A stretch of DNA of 64,000 nt from Squalus acanthias (GCA_030390025.1 CM059432.1:24182001-24246000); one strand, 5' to 3'. Shown: positions 1 to 13,861, numbered from the stretch's first letter. Numbers and translations: made by a program. The notes: a model not told the origin generated them from the sequence alone.

Positions 1-52
1 TTCCGCTCACCCTAGCACGCTCATCCTTAGTGACCTGCAATACCTCTCGGTC

Positions 53-522
53 AGCTGTGGCTCAGTTGGTAGCACTCTCGCCTCTGAGTCAGAAGGTTGT
101 GGGTTTAAGTCCCACTCTGGGGACTTGAGCACATAAAGCTAGGCTGACACTCCAGTGCAGTGCTGAGGGAGTGCTGCACTGTCGGAGGTGCCGTCTTTCG
201 GATGAGATGTTAAACCGAGGCCCCGTCTGCTCTCTCAGGTGGACATAAAAGATCCAATGGCACTATTTCGAAGAAGAGCAGGTGAGTTCTTCCCTGATGT
301 CCTGGCCAATATTTATCCCTCAACCAACATAACAAAAACAGATTATCTGGTCATTATCACATTGCTGTTTGTGGGAGCTTGCTGTGCGCAAATTGGCTGC
401 CTCGTTTCCCACATTACAACAGTGACTCCACTTCAAAAGTACTTCCTTGGCTGTAAAGCGCTTTGGGACGTCTGGTGGTCGTGAAATGAGCTGTATAAAT
501 GCAAGTCTTTCTTTCTTTCTTT
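53..522 (+). mobile_element. tRNA-derived SINE, SacSINE1/DeuSINE-like, inserted in an L2-like LINE fragment (1-52 and 523-652)
   Basis: A box (tggctcagttgg) and B box (ggtttaagtcc) head, Deu-like core, tail ataaatgcaagt(cttt)n; the flanks join into a continuous L2-like sequence. Confidence 0.85.
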
Positions 523-1458
523 CCCCCAATGCCTCAATTTAAAATTCTCATTCTCATGTTCAACTCCCTCTGTGGCCTGTCCCGTTCCTATCTCTGTAAT
601 GTTTTTCAGCCCTATAACCCTCCGGGAACTATGTGTTCCTCGAACTTTGGCCATAAAGTATGCTGATTATCTTACCAGTCTAAATCTTATTTGAAACCAG
701 CCATTATATCTTACATTAGTGTTGTCTGGCTCTACGTAGTTCCTTGTTCACTCGTGCAAGTCAGCAGCTGGCATCAATACTGTACTGTATCAGACCATGA
801 GGTACCTAACCAAAGGTTCCCGCTACTAATTTGCCTCTCTCTCTGAGCGCCTCCCTCTCCTGATCCAGTCATTGCGGATGTAGAAAATAATACCATGCAT
901 CCGCGCAACTTCAAGTCTTTTTGAATAAAGCTGAATGACTCACTTTAAGCACTGAATATGTTTATTGGTTACCTTCTACTTACAAGTAATTACTGCTGGG
1001 GGCGGCGGGGGGGGGGTCGTCATTGAGTACGCAGGGCAGGCTCCGAGTAGAATTCCTACAGCCAAAACGTAATCCATCGCTGTTCGGCTGGAAAACCTTG
1101 GTGGTGTTGCAGTGGGACCACCGCTGTAGCTCCAGAAGGGGCATCGAGAGACCTTAAAAGGTCAGAAGAAATCTGACTATCAAGGAAGCTCCCGGCTTGT
1201 AGACCTTGGCAGAGATAGAGACATATAAAGGTAAGTGCCGGGGACTGAAATGGAAAGAGAGAAGGCCCCTATTAAGCCACCAGGGAGAGGGCCTAATAGA
1301 GGCCTCCTCTCCTTCATTACGGAATTCGGAACATTCTCGCCACTACACCGGGCCTACTGCCACCTTTGTCCAGGCAATTCCAGGTAAGAAGAGTCAACGG
1401 GAAGAAAATCTGCTGGAAACCTGGACCCCCACTCTCCCTCCCTCAACCGTCAACAATT

Positions 1459-2100
1459 GTAATTGGCTAAAAAAAAAGAAAGCAGAGAGTAGGGGTAAAG
1501 GGTAGTTATTCAGATTTGAGGGAGGTAGAAAGCGGTGTTCCACAAGGATCAGTGCTGGGACCACTGTTATTCATAATTTACATTAACGATTTGGACAAAG
1601 GAGCAATTAACTCAATATCAAAATTTGCAGGTGATACCAAACTGGGGGGTATAGCTAACACTGAGGAAGAATGCAACCTAATACATGAAGACATTAGAAA
1701 ACTTGCAGACTCGGCAGTTAAGTGGCAAATTAACATTAACATAGATAAATGTGAGGTGATGCACTTTGGTAGGAAAAATAGAAACATCATCTATACCTTA
1801 GAAAATAAGAAACTGAATGGGGTAGAAGAGCAAAGGGATCGAGGGATACAGGTGAACAAATCATTAAAAGCAGCATCGCAGGTCAGCAAAGCATTTAAAA
1901 ATGCTAACAAAGCACTGGGACTTATTTCTAGGGATATAGAATTCAAAAATAGTGAAGTTATGTTGAACTTGTATAGGAATCTGGTGAGGCCATATTTAGA
2001 GTACGCTGCACAGTCTGGTCTCCATACTTAAAATGACATAGAAGAACTGCAGAAAGTGCAAAATAGATTTACAAGGACGGTAGCAGAGCTGAGAGATTAT
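1459..2100 (+). mobile_element. CR1 LINE RT fragment (decayed)
   Basis: ORF 1516-2031 has GVPQGSVLGPLLF..YINDL, KFAGDTKL, KCEVMHFG and LVRPYLEY motifs. Confidence 0.9.
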
Positions 2101-2627
2101 GGGCCATATTTTGCAACACCTATGGGTGCGTACGAGATGTGTACGTGCCCGTAGGGGCCGCGCAGGTTCCGGGTTTAGGTATGTGAAGCGCATGCGCTAA
2201 AACCCGGAACTTGCGACCTGTCAAGAATCTTCTTGACAGATCATTCGCATCCCCGGGAGAAGGCCTCTGCGGGTGTAGAGTTGCGCTATTTGCCCAACTT
2301 CCGCCCGCTGAATGCCCTGTGAAATTCTTACACCTGGTAGAAACAGGCGTAAGGCCTGCTTTTACCAGCATAAGAGTTTTAAAAAATAGAAAAATAAAAT
2401 TTTATCACTCATTTATACATTAAAAACCCTGTCCAATAAGGTAAGTTTATTTTTAGCCTCGTTAAAACATATACATTTCCCCCCCCCAAAATTTAATCTT
2501 TGTTTAAAATATTTAATAAATGGCATTTTAATTAATTTTTATGCAATTTTTAAATTTATTTATTTCATGGGTTTGTGTATTTTTTAAGTGATCCCCATTC
2601 ATACTTATGGGAGTTCCGTACGTACGG
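2101..2627. mobile_element. Truncated Harbinger-type MITE
   Basis: Starts gggccatatttt; subterminal gcgcatgcgc block resembles the ends of the 33959-34725 and 55038-55780 elements; second TIR not confidently located. Confidence 0.5.
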
Positions 2628-4904
2628 TTCAAACCAAGATCAGGACAGAAAGAAATGGTAGGCCTCAGCACCCCATTTTCCTGCCATTTCTGCCACTATC
2701 CCGGTCGAATTCAGCCCATACTATCTAGGCTCACAAGTGAATAATGCTAACTTGTGCAAGTTTCCAAAGAGCCTGTTGAACCACAAACCAGCATGAGCCA
2801 TTGCCTTCAGGAGAGAAGGAGAACAAATCTTGAAAGGGTATTGTTTTTTTGTACCATACATCTTCAGCTTAAAATAATAATTACTGTTTATATATTATTA
2901 ATATGGATTGCTCTGAGCAAGTAATAAGGCTGTAAATTAATCAAGAGTCCAGATGATGAAATAAACCAGAACAGCAAAAATCAAGTGTTGGCATCATCCA
3001 ACCTATAAGATTAAATTTCAGCCTTGTTCTCACTCTCTTACTTTTGAAGGAATTATTATTATTCAGTATCTCTCAGGTTCACTTTGCAGCTGAATAATTG
3101 TCCCAATTGCTACGGGGATCATTGTTTGGAATCAAGCTCTATGATTCGCATCCCATAACGAAAAGCTCGAGCAGCTCAAGGACCACCCTCACTGCCCAAA
3201 CACACCGAGGGGGGCAGCTCTGATGGGTTGATCTTCACAAGAACAAAGGTGCTGTCACCAAAAGCATCTGGGTACTCGATAGGCCAGCTCATAGAAAGTG
3301 TTGCACAATGTATATTGAACCTTCTTTACCGGTAGCACATCAAACGATTCTTTACGAGTTATCCCCTGATGTGATCTAAAGCTCTGCCCAAGACTACGCA
3401 AGCTGGAAGAAACTTGCGGATGCATGCAGGTCCACAGCAAGAAGATCGATAGATTGTTGTCTATTATTAATGATCCAACTGCTTAACTAGAAGAGAAAAT
3501 TCCTACTGTTAGGATCATTAAGATGAAGTCTAACTTGGCTTCTTTGAGATGCATGCAGAAGTATGTGCTTTCTGAAAATGTTTTGACATGCTTTTTGAAA
3601 AAAGTTTCTTTAATAAAAGAGTTGAGAAACGTTGATAAAATTGCCTGTTCACGAACTAAAGATTATGGAATGCAGTGGCACTATGCTCTTCACGTCTGTC
3701 CATGTGCTGTTTAGTCTATGCTTTTTGCAAAACAATACCTATTCAGAGAGCTTCATACTTCTCCCTCAACCGCAGTTGTTAGTCTTTTTAGTTCTCTAAT
3801 TACTAATTAATGGAAGTCAGGCGAGGACAGGATTAAGGGTTGGCTACGACGCCCCTAATGATTGCATAGCCTGCTGATGCTTACTGTTTAAGCTCACATA
3901 TGAAGAGCATAGCTGATCTTAGGGACTTCATCTCTTGCTTCATTACAAGATCATTTATCCTACCGAGAAAGGAATCTTAGAATCGAGAAATAAGAGGAAT
4001 AATATTGAATGCAGGAAATCTGAAATAATAACACAAAATGTTAGAAACAAATGATAAAGATAGTCAACGTTCTGAGTGTCTCACACCACAATACTTAAAC
4101 TCTCTTACTCTTTCAGGTATTGACTGACCGGCTATGCACTTCCACTATCTTGCACTTTAAATTCTGCCAGAAGGAAGTGATTTCTCATGCATTGGTCTTG
4201 CCTCGGACCTCTATGCTACTAACGGTAATGTAGCAAATCAGCCAGAGAGAAAAGCATGTCCTGATTGTTGCTAAGGGGATGAAAAATAGAAAACAAGCAG
4301 CAAGTCCATAAACACAAGGGCAGACATCACTGAGCTGCAACATTCCATTGATACAGTTCAAAAGCTAGGGTAATCTGAAAAGGTAATTATACTGTTCAAA
4401 ATCCCTTACACATGTACACTGGCAAAAAAAAAAGACAAGACAGGCTTTGCAGATGCCATCTCAATCTGGTAAGCTTTGCTGGACAGGAAATTAAGGAACC
4501 TTTCCCCAGCTGCTCGCAGTGATGCCCATGACAGCTGTTGCCAGCGCTTAAATGCCAGTCACCTTCAAGCTGAACATGCATGCTGGAGTTTCACAGCATG
4601 CCAAGCAGCTTCAAAGCCCACTGCTCTGATGTTTAAATAATCACATCCATCAGGCTGGGAAAATAATTGCTTTCTGTGCTATATTTACAATGGGAAATGA
4701 TTTTTTTTAAATGAAGAACACAATTACCCATTTTGCTAGTGTAAGGTTAAATCGTGTATGGAACAAAATAGATCTTAGAACGGACTTTTAATACTGGTTT
4801 AAACATTTTTATAATCCACATTCAAACTAGGTTTGCACATTGGCTTTGTTCATTTATTCATTTATCCACTCTCTATCTGTTTTTCTATCTATCTATCTAT
4901 CCAG

Positions 4905-5180
4905 GAGAGTCGGTAACCAGAGACACTAATTGGCAAAAGAACCAGAGGGGAGATGAGAAGAAATATTATTACACAGCGTGTTGTTATGATCCGGAATCCA
5001 TTGCCTGAAAGGGTGGTGGGAAAGATTCAATAGTAACTTTCAAAAGGGAATTGGATAAATACTTGAAAAGGAAAAATTTGCAGAGCTATGGGGAAAGAGT
5101 GGGTCTTTCAATGAGCCGACACAGGCACGATGGACCAAATGGCCTCCTTTTGTGCTGTATGATTCTATGGTTTTATGATC
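4905..5180 (+). mobile_element. CR1 3' end fragment between (tcta)n microsatellites
   Basis: MDKYLKRKNLQSYGER C-terminal motif and ctatgattctatg tail. Confidence 0.7.
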
Positions 5181-6596
5181 TACACAACTCTTTGTCTGCC
5201 ATCTATCCATCAATCTGTCTATTGGTCTGTCTCTTCATCAGTCTGTCTATCTTCCTGTCCACCTATCTATCTATCTATCGTGGTTAAAGGGATGCATATA
5301 GACTGAGCTGATCAAATAATCCAAACAAAATGATAAGATGACTTTTCCCTGCTATCCCCTCTGAAATTGGATGGGATGTTGACGGAAATGGAGGGAAAAT
5401 CGGCCAATCAGCCACTTCCCTGCCCTGACCTTGACCTTCCTTCCTGCGGGCTATCCCTTTCTTTCCCACTATGTGTAAATGTCGTCAGGCAGCATGGAGA
5501 CTGGTCCCCTATCCCATTTCCTTCCAACTGCTCCTATTACCACCGCTCTCCGGGACTATTTGGTGGGAGGTAGCGGTAGGCGGTAGGCGGTATGCAAATT
5601 ATATCATTAAATATTCTTAATTATATTTACTGGCAAGTACAAAAGAGAGTTAGAACATTTTAGCAGGTTAAATCCTCCAGCAAATTAGAAGCTAATTTGC
5701 ATTCAATTAACTGGAAAAATTTGGATTAGAGTGGAGTAATCTCTCTAGACTCTATGGTAAATATGCTTAACGGAAATGGTTATACAGGAAAGTGCATCAA
5801 TAAATTCATAATACAAAAAAACAACTCAAAAAACCAGTATCAGATGGTCCTATTCTGTGGTCCCAGCAAAACCCACAAAGTGCACCAATGAAGTGGGCCA
5901 TGGGGAGGCCCTCTCTCCCTCCAATCTTGCCCCAATCACTACATATGCTGGACTCCATATCTGCTGAGGCCTACAAAGCTGCAGCTCCCATCATTTTCAG
6001 GACAATCTGCCACATCAAGGACCCTCGCGGTATTAGAGAGGCGTCCCCACTTGAGCACTGCCGCGGCTCCCTCAGTTGCCCTGGTGGGCTCCTTCTTGGT
6101 GGTAGGATTCCTGCCGGGAGCTCGCCGTGCAAGAGTAATGAACCTCAACCAGGAATATGAGTAAGGGTTGTGTGGGGGCTGGGGGGTGGGGGCGGGGGGG
6201 AAGCTGGTGGACGGAAGTCCTGCTGCACCAAAACACTGCTACGATAAAGAAAATCAACCCGACGGTTAATCTGCTGTGGGAAGGGGCTATATGTTGTCTG
6301 GAAAGCACACCATTGACAAAGTCTCTTGTCATCAGGGCCTTTAGCATGCTGCAGCATCCTAAGGCCAATTTCTGCAATATTAGGTTCTGACAAGTCGGTC
6401 CAGAGTTTAGAGCCACCTCAATCTCCCAACAATAAAAACAATTAAAACATTATGTAAATTCATTGCAAAACTGGTGGCTTTTAGTTTGGAAAAATTGACC
6501 ATATTCAGCTGTTTAAAGTATTTGCTGTGTGTAGCCTTTGAGACCCCAAGTACTATGCTTATATATATAAAGAAAACATCAACTTTATTTAAGAAG

Positions 6597-6805
6597 GGAA
6601 GAACTTGCATTTATGTAGCACGTCAGCACATCCCAAAGAGCTCTGCAACCAATGAATTAGCACTTCATCTGAAAAACAGGACCTCGACAATGCTAGTACT
6701 ACACTGTGGTGTCAACCTACATTATTTGTTCAAGTCCAAAGTGGTGCTTGAACCCACAATCTTATTGCTCAAATCCAGGAGTGACACCAACTGAGCCAAG
6801 CTGAC
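6597..6805 (-). mobile_element. Degenerate SacSINE1-like SINE
   Basis: Reverse complements of the tail (gaacttgcatttat) and tRNA-like head (cttgaacccac...caactgagcca). Confidence 0.55.
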
Positions 6806-7368
6806 AAGTTTAAAGAGCTGCCACTTAACATCTTGCTGACATTTCACTTAGCTAGGTGAGACCAAGTAGGTGGGAAGTTATCAGCTCGGCATGATGGGGC
6901 AGGTAACCAATCCGGTACATCAATATCAATGCTTGGTTTGTGAATGGTGCCTGATGACTCCAGTCTTCCCCATTGACTTTGTTAAGCGCACATGGATTTT
7001 AAACCTTGCATGCTTCAGCTCCTAAAAAAGACTGAGAGCTCCTGCAGAAGCAAAAAAAAAATGAACGATCTGAGATAAATAGGGGCCACATAATCCCACC
7101 CGTTTCACACCCTCTGCAATGCATATTCAAGAGAAACAGCACAATCGGTGTTGGCGATACACTAGGCAATAGGAGAAAGCAAAGGAAAAAATATGGCAGG
7201 GGAGAAATTGTCTCATTGGGGAAAATTCTCTGCTGCTTTCCACAGAATCGTGGCGTGCTAGTGTCCCACCTACCATTCATTTTACCACATCCATTTCATC
7301 CCCTGAGGAAAGATTTGGCATAAATACTTCCTGATGCCCAAAGGTAGTCAAGGAAAAATAATCCATTT

Positions 7369-7732
7369 TAGAAACATAGGAATTGCTAGACAAAAACAGA
7401 CCAAGGTCCATCTAATTCGCCTTTTACCATCCTGGTAGTTGTATGACACAATGATAATGGAGATCGTAGCAATCAATCTCTATCAATTAGTCTACAACAG
7501 ACCCAGAACTGACACAAGTGGTGAAGAGCTTTGAGAACCATAGATCCAAAGTCACCTTCTTTCTCCCAAGCATGCTACACAAGCCACGTTTCAAATTACT
7601 CATATACTGTGTCCCAAAATGTTATATTCTGAAAGAAATCTATCTGATTTGTATTTGAATGAATCAATACTGATTGCTTCCACCATCTCCTTACGGTGTC
7701 TGTTCCATAGATTGACCACTCACTCACTGAAA
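7369..7732 (-). mobile_element. CR1 3' end fragment
   Basis: Tail agaaacataggaattgc; reverse complement of a WxxL...VV.A.S..F-like CR1 C-terminus. Confidence 0.55.
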
Positions 7733-7913
7733 TTTTGTTTCTTCTATCTCCACGATTGAACACTGGCCTGCTGTGCTCCAGACAATGACCCATCCTCTCA
7801 CACCCCTCCGAACCTCCCCCTCTCCCCCACCACCCCTTACCCCCGCTGATACCCAAGCAGCACAGGGACCACTGGGTTCTGTGGAGAGTTTGAGCATCTT
7901 AGTCCATAGCTAC

Positions 7914-8185
7914 TAGGGCTGCCAATCCACCAGGGTTGCCTTGGAGTCTCCAGGAATGAAAGGTGAATCTCCTAGACACTGCTGCAAACGACCTGGGAGA
8001 AGAATCATAAGGACATTAAAAATATTGTACTTATTATCTCATTTTATTTGCACACTTTTGTTCATTAGATATAAAAATATTTCAGATGGCAGAAAAAGCA
8101 ATGTGATTGGGCGTGCCAATTGAGGGGTGGGAGGTCATATGATGGAACATCCATTGAATACATCCAAGCAGAGTTGGGAAACCTA
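7914..8185. mobile_element. hAT-type MITE
   Basis: TIRs tagggctgccaa / ttgggaaaccta; 8-bp TSD atagctac / atatctac (1 mismatch). Confidence 0.75.
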
Positions 8186-10551
8186 ATATCTACCCATGTA
8201 ACTATCAATCCAAGTCCTATTTTAAAAAGTTAATTGTTTTAGTGCCAACCGTTTTTATTGAGAATCTGCTCCACTTAATCTGTGTGTTTAATCTCTAGTT
8301 TCACTTATTACTTTTAAGCTTGTGTTTGCTGGCTCTGAGCTCATAGTCAAAGTAGTTTTAAAGACACTGCACATTTTCTGATATGGGTTCAGCACAATCG
8401 GTGAATTGCAAACATCTGTTTATCCAACAGTTTTTGAATGGATCTGTTAGCTAGTCCACAGGTTCACAATGTTTTAATTCCCTTACGGGCCAGGTTCCAA
8501 GCAGCTTTATCCAGCACTGACCAGCACTGTTTAATTCATCTGATTCTTTTTAACCCTTGCATTGTCAGCATCTCCAGGGGCCAGCCATGTTTTAAACCTT
8601 GAGGTTCAAACATCACTGAATAGGTGTCTTTATGCAGGCAATTGTTTTGGTTGGATTTCGGAAGACTGGTGTCGATGAGCCAGCTCCATGAATTTACAGC
8701 ACTAAATCTGGCAGAATAGTAGACTCATAAAAAAATTGGCCCTTTTGTTATTCTGCCACGATAAGCAGAGCCAGACTTAGAAATGTAAATGTAGGTAATT
8801 GGCACACAGAGCTCGAGTCTCCTAGAATCTGACCTTACCAAGTGCCTGTATAAAATAGGCTAATGTTACAGTAATAAACCCTATAAACAGGCTTGCTTTA
8901 TTGTTGTATTAATAAAACATGCAATTCAAAGAGATTCCAAATCAAAATAACAAGAAAAATAACATCTGCCTGTCTTTTTTTCTTTGCTCTATTACACTTT
9001 GTATTCTCAGTGAGGTTTTGAAAAGGCTGCACACAAAGCCTTTGATATCACATTCTGATATGATTTCTTTCTGGAATTGCTTAATAGAGAAATTGGCCTT
9101 CTTAAAATGATGCCTCCATTATTTTTCTCACTGCATCTAAGCACGTTAAATATTTGCTTGTTAATATTTGTACAGCATAATTTCAAGGATTCAAATATTT
9201 ATATAACTCGCTTCATTATTTACTTTTTAGGATTTTTGTTTGTACTCTCTCCACTGTCACTACAATTTACTTGTGCTTTCTACCTTGTCATCTATCCATC
9301 GACTTTTGAAACCAGGACCACTTCAATAAACTCCACTTTCTGATTGGTGGAAAAGCAGTTTGCGGGCCCACTTCGTCAGCCAATCAGAAAATACCTCAGT
9401 AAAGTGCTGCCTTGATGTTATCAGGAGATTGGCAAGCTAAAACCTTCAGTTATAGTTCTCAGGCTCAGGAAAGGAGATGGTCTGAAAATAGTTATCTGAC
9501 TGGCAGTAAATTTAACATAAAAATTGAAGTGGTGGCAAGTGATGCAAACCTATTGCCATCACATTACTACAGTTCTGAGTGGACACTTAGGCCGGAATTT
9601 TACCGGCGCTGAGAGGGCGGGATCAGAGGCGGGTCAGCTGTCAAAATAAAAAAGATTGACAGCAGGTCGGGACCTCGCTGTCAACCCACCTCCACGCTAG
9701 TCTCCCAGGTCTCAGGTCTGTCAGTGCTGAACAGACCCGACAACAAGCGGCGGGGGAGACCATTTAGATCATTAAATGCATTGTTAAGAGGCAATTAAGT
9801 CTTACTTTAAGCTTACCTCTAGATTTTTAGAGTTCGCCAACAGCTTCCCTCTCTTCGGGGATCACGTCAGGTAAGGAGGTCGGGTGTTGTGTCAGCATGG
9901 GATGATTTACTAACTTGACAGCTGCAAATGGTCTATAAAACCTCCCATTTCATACGCCTTCACTTTCCAAGGTTAGAAACACTTGCTTACTGCATTTGGA
10001 AGACAGATTGAGCTCTATGCAGCTAGCAAGTGTTTGGAGCAAACTCTCTATCCAGTGGCACCTCAGTGGAACAACCTCTCTCACCATTGACAGATTGCTT
10101 CTGTCATCTCAACCTCACTTGCCATCTATTCCATCAGCATTGGTGCCCATGAAAAAATCTCTCCTTGGTCCTCAGAATCCCACCACGATCAGCCCTAACA
10201 CCAGCAGCACCGGGCACACCAGCAGCACCAACAACAACACCAATCTTCTCCGCAATCAACTGGTGCTGCACAGGACAGAGGGCATCAGTACCTGACCACA
10301 TTGCTACCCGGGACGCCAGGGATGGCCTCACCATGGCCAGATTTACTTCACTTGACTCTGCACACCCTGGCTGCCACATGATGCGCCAGGTTGACACCAC
10401 CCCACACCAACACCATAAAGCATCCCTACAATGCCCAAGCCATTCCTTTCACACTCATCACCATTGCGGGGGGTACCATTATGTCTCACCATTCACTGCA
10501 ACTCACTAAGCCACTTCCAAAGGTGTACACAAATCTGTCCAAGAACACAAA

Positions 10552-11442
10552 GGGGGAGAAATTCAGTATCGCCCCATTTGGGGCGCAATTATCGTCCGGG
10601 CGCAAAGATTAGCGCCTGGCGCTGATTATCGCCACCGACTGCAAACTTGACTTTAATCGCCCCTGGAGGTGATTGGAATGCTAAATCAGGCGCTTCACAC
10701 CTGTCTTAAGGCGCAAAGGCCGAGGAGCGAGGCGCTACCTCAGAGCGCTGGCGAAGCTCATGTGATGTCAGTCAGCAATGGAACACACACACAATGGTGC
10801 GGGCCAGTTCTTAAAGGGGAGGGTTGATCTTGCTTTCCATCCACATCCTGCTCATTGCAGCCTTGAATCTCGGCCTGGAAAGAACTGTACATCAAATCTG
10901 CTGGAAAGAACAATGGAGAGTACCAGGGAAAGAGCTCAGAGTGCAGCCCCCACAGTCTCTTCTAAATCGATACAAGGAAGGGCAAATCAAAATGAACCTG
11001 CAAAGTGCTGCTCAGTACCCAAAACTCCCTCACACAGCATTGAATCTCTCCAGAAGTCTCTCTCTCTCTCTCAGAAAGCGTGCTTCAAAAATGTCACCAA
11101 CAATAAAAGGCAGGAAGCGGTCGCCTTTAAATAGCGCTCCCCCAGTCCCTTCCTGACTGCAAAACGCTCCCCTCAACCTTTCGTTGCTAGCGGCAGGCGG
11201 TAAGGCAGGGGGCGCCACTCAATATCCGCTCCGGGGCGATACTGGGGCATTGCGCACTCGACTGACGTCACGATCTGCCAGCGCAGGAGATCGTGGCGGT
11301 AGTGTTTAGCGCCACCGCAAAATGTCTAGTTAATTTCGCGAGTGGTGCAAACATGGCCGTGCCCGGGCGCTAGATGATTTGCGCCCCATTAGCGCCCTCT
11401 TAAGGCGCTAACGGGAGGCACAACCAACTGAATTTTTCCCCC
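10552..11442. mobile_element. Harbinger-derived MITE nested in the element above
   Basis: 16-bp TIR gggggagaaattcagt / actgaatttttccccc, AAA TSD; empty site in the paralog near 35722; one end homologous to 63046-63320. Confidence 0.9.
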
Positions 11443-11744
11443 AAAGTGTTCAAAATAAAGATTTCATTGTTTGACAGCACATTAACAGAAACTTCACATT
11501 AACATTCGCTAAAACACACAAATGCCTACCCTTGTGTGTTGTTAGTTGGTATGATTGCAGTAGGATGAGGGTGAGTGTGAGGGGTGGCTAGTGAGATGGG
11601 GAAGTGATAATGTAGATAGAGAGGGATGGGTGGAGGTGCAAGGTACATTGGTGTGAGTAAAGATGTGCAGGAGTAGGGTAGGGAAGGCAGAGTGATGGGG
11701 ATGTGATGAGTGGCACAGCAGGATGAGGTTGAGTGTGGCTTGGC

Positions 11745-11985
11745 TGTAACATTTCGTGATCTATTGAGATCATTGAAAGGTTTGCGCCACTGCAGCCTGG
11801 TCCTCCTGACGACATCCCTGGTTGTGCCCTCCTGTGTAATGTGCAACCAGGCTGCATTGGTCTCCTGGGGAAGTGTCTTCCGCCCATTGGAAGGGAAGAG
11901 CACCTCCCTGTGTGCTGTGGCTCCCTCCGTAAGCATATGGAGGGAGTCATGGGAGAGCCGGGGTGCAGCTCTGCACCTTTGTGTA
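11745..11985 (-). pseudogene. Myb/SANT-like DNA-binding protein remnant (Harbinger second ORF, NAIF1/MSANTD-like)
   Basis: RAAPRLSHDSLHML...REVLFPSNGRK...AAWLHI...RRTRLQWRKPFNDL within ORF 11526-12116. Confidence 0.8.
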
Positions 11986-12295
11986 GTGTTAGTCAGTGTT
12001 TGCAACACCTCAATGCTGTAGAACACTGACAAAACAACTGTCAAAAACAATTTGGACATGGCCCCTTGAAGGAAACCGGCTGATGACGCGTCATCAAATG
12101 ATGTCATCAGACCCACTTCCTTTTCATTGGCCGGGAAACTTGCTGGGCAAGCTTAACAAACCCTATCAATGTAAAATCACTTGGCGAGAGTGGGCTGGAG
12201 CAGGCAGCGGGCTGGGACTGCGCTACCGACCCCGGCCACCCCGGACCTGCCTCCGTCGGCGAAATCACGGCCTTAGAAACGTTTCCAATTATATT

Positions 12296-13398
12296 GGCCC
12301 AGATCTTGCTTGAAAAATAACAGGGTGCACAGCATTATTAATGTGCAAATTGACCAGTAAATTCAAGGGATTAAGAGATACAGTGTGAGTTGCGAATCTC
12401 CAGAACTTGGTGGTCGATTTACGTCCCTTCGCCTTATGCTTCGCACAAATGCATCTCGCCCTTAGCCTCCCAGATATTTTTAAAAACCTGCTGGATTTGC
12501 ATAATAATTGTCCATTAAGCTCACCGCAGAAAGTTAAGCCTGGTAATTAATAATGTAAGTACGTTTTAATGATGTGATAATTGTTAATGCAATCCCAATG
12601 AACCTCTCTGGCCCAGAAACTGTACAATTGAAACTGTGGAACCTTATTCCTTCAGGTGGTAAATTGTTCTTAGAGATTTAAAAACATTTTTATGTTAAAT
12701 TTTAAAGTTTTTTCTCACTTTTTCTTTCTGTCTCTTTTTCTCTCTTTAATCCATCTTTCTTTCCTTCTCTTTATTTCTCTTTCTGATTTGACTCTAATTC
12801 ACCTGCTCTAATTCACCTTCCTTTTCAGTCATTCTTCTGTTTCTTTCTCAATCCTGAAATCTCATTGATTAAGGAAATAGACTGTTGGGGCTGGATTTTC
12901 ATTGACCCGTGGAGGCAGGTTTGGAGGCGTGTGGGGGGTTAAACTTGCAGATTCGGGGGTCCCGAACCCATCCCGCCCCCAACCCGCCTCCATGCCAGTT
13001 TCGCTGGAGGCGGGTACCCGACCTGTGCTGGGACCCGCCTCCCCGAGGCGGGAAGGGGATTAGTGACAATTAACTGGCCCTTAATTGGCCTGCTGAGCTC
13101 GCTGGGCGGGCTCAACAAGGTCAATCAAGTGAAAATGCAGTGGGTTGGCCACAAGTCGGTGGAGGCGGGACTGCAACCCAAAAAGTGGGAGTCCCGCCTC
13201 CATCACGTCCCCAGTATCAAAATCCAGCCCGTGGTCTCAGTGGTCACTGAGGCCCCAGTGGCCCATTGCGCTCGTCACGCTGTTATCAGCTCGCACCCAG
13301 CAAGTTACGGCGCAAAAAAACTTTGAGCTAAAGGGTGCAGAAAAAGTCTAACTAATGGGGCACAGTGCGAGATGCCCCGCTTCAGCCAGATGCAGCCC
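12296..13398. mobile_element. Old Harbinger-like non-autonomous element
   Basis: Degenerate TIR ggcccagatcttgc / gccagatgcagccc; hosts the 12888-13230 MITE. Confidence 0.45.
12888..13230. mobile_element. Harbinger-type MITE (internal-deletion derivative of the 19670-20513 family)
   Basis: TIR gggctggatttt / aaaatccagccc; both halves match the ends of 19670-20513 in reverse orientation. Confidence 0.85.
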
Positions 13399-13559
13399 AG
13401 TATGTTTGGGTGGAGAAAATAATTTATATGTTTCAATTGGCACAGCTAAAACACCTTTGCTTGAAAGCGGGCTTTGAAGGATAAAAGAGAATATGATCAA
13501 AGCTTGAGGTGGGAGGATGTCGAGGCATTAAGAGCAGTCCACTTTTTGCTCCATTTCAG

Positions 13560-13810
13560 TGCAGTAGTAGGTGTCGTCAGTTGGATGAGATATTAGACTG
13601 AGGTCCTGTCTGCCTTCTCACGTGGACGTAAAAAATTCCTCAACACTATTTGGACAAGAGCTGGGGATTGTTTCCAGTCTCCTGGCTAACATTTAACCCT
13701 GAACCAACATGGTCAAAAAAATTACATTGAAAAAGTACTTCATTGGCTGTGAAGCACTTTGAAACATCCTGAGGTCATGAAATAAACGATATAATTGCAG
13801 GCTCATCCTG
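13560..13810 (+). mobile_element. Degenerate SacSINE1-like SINE
   Basis: Colinear similarity to 170-510 (ggatgagat...ggacgtaaaa...cattggctgtgaagcacttt). Confidence 0.6.
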
Positions 13811-13861
13811 TCTTTCCAGATAAAATGTATGCACTATTTTAGCGCAGTCTGTTTCTTTTAA

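Larger units (their letters stand above)
9590..12272. mobile_element. Non-autonomous PIF/Harbinger element with a Myb/SANT-like remnant (copy 1)
   Basis: Imperfect TIR ggccggaattt / aaatcacggcc, TTA TSD on both sides; colinear with 34777-36546. Confidence 0.85.

Noticed and set aside
53..130. tRNA gene (also 17920-17980 and 50160-50234)
   Set aside because: A/B boxes run straight into SINE bodies and tails; no complete cloverleaf.
4010..4165. Degenerate PLE-like inverted remnants (also 44560-44690)
   Set aside because: Similarity too weak to set boundaries or family.
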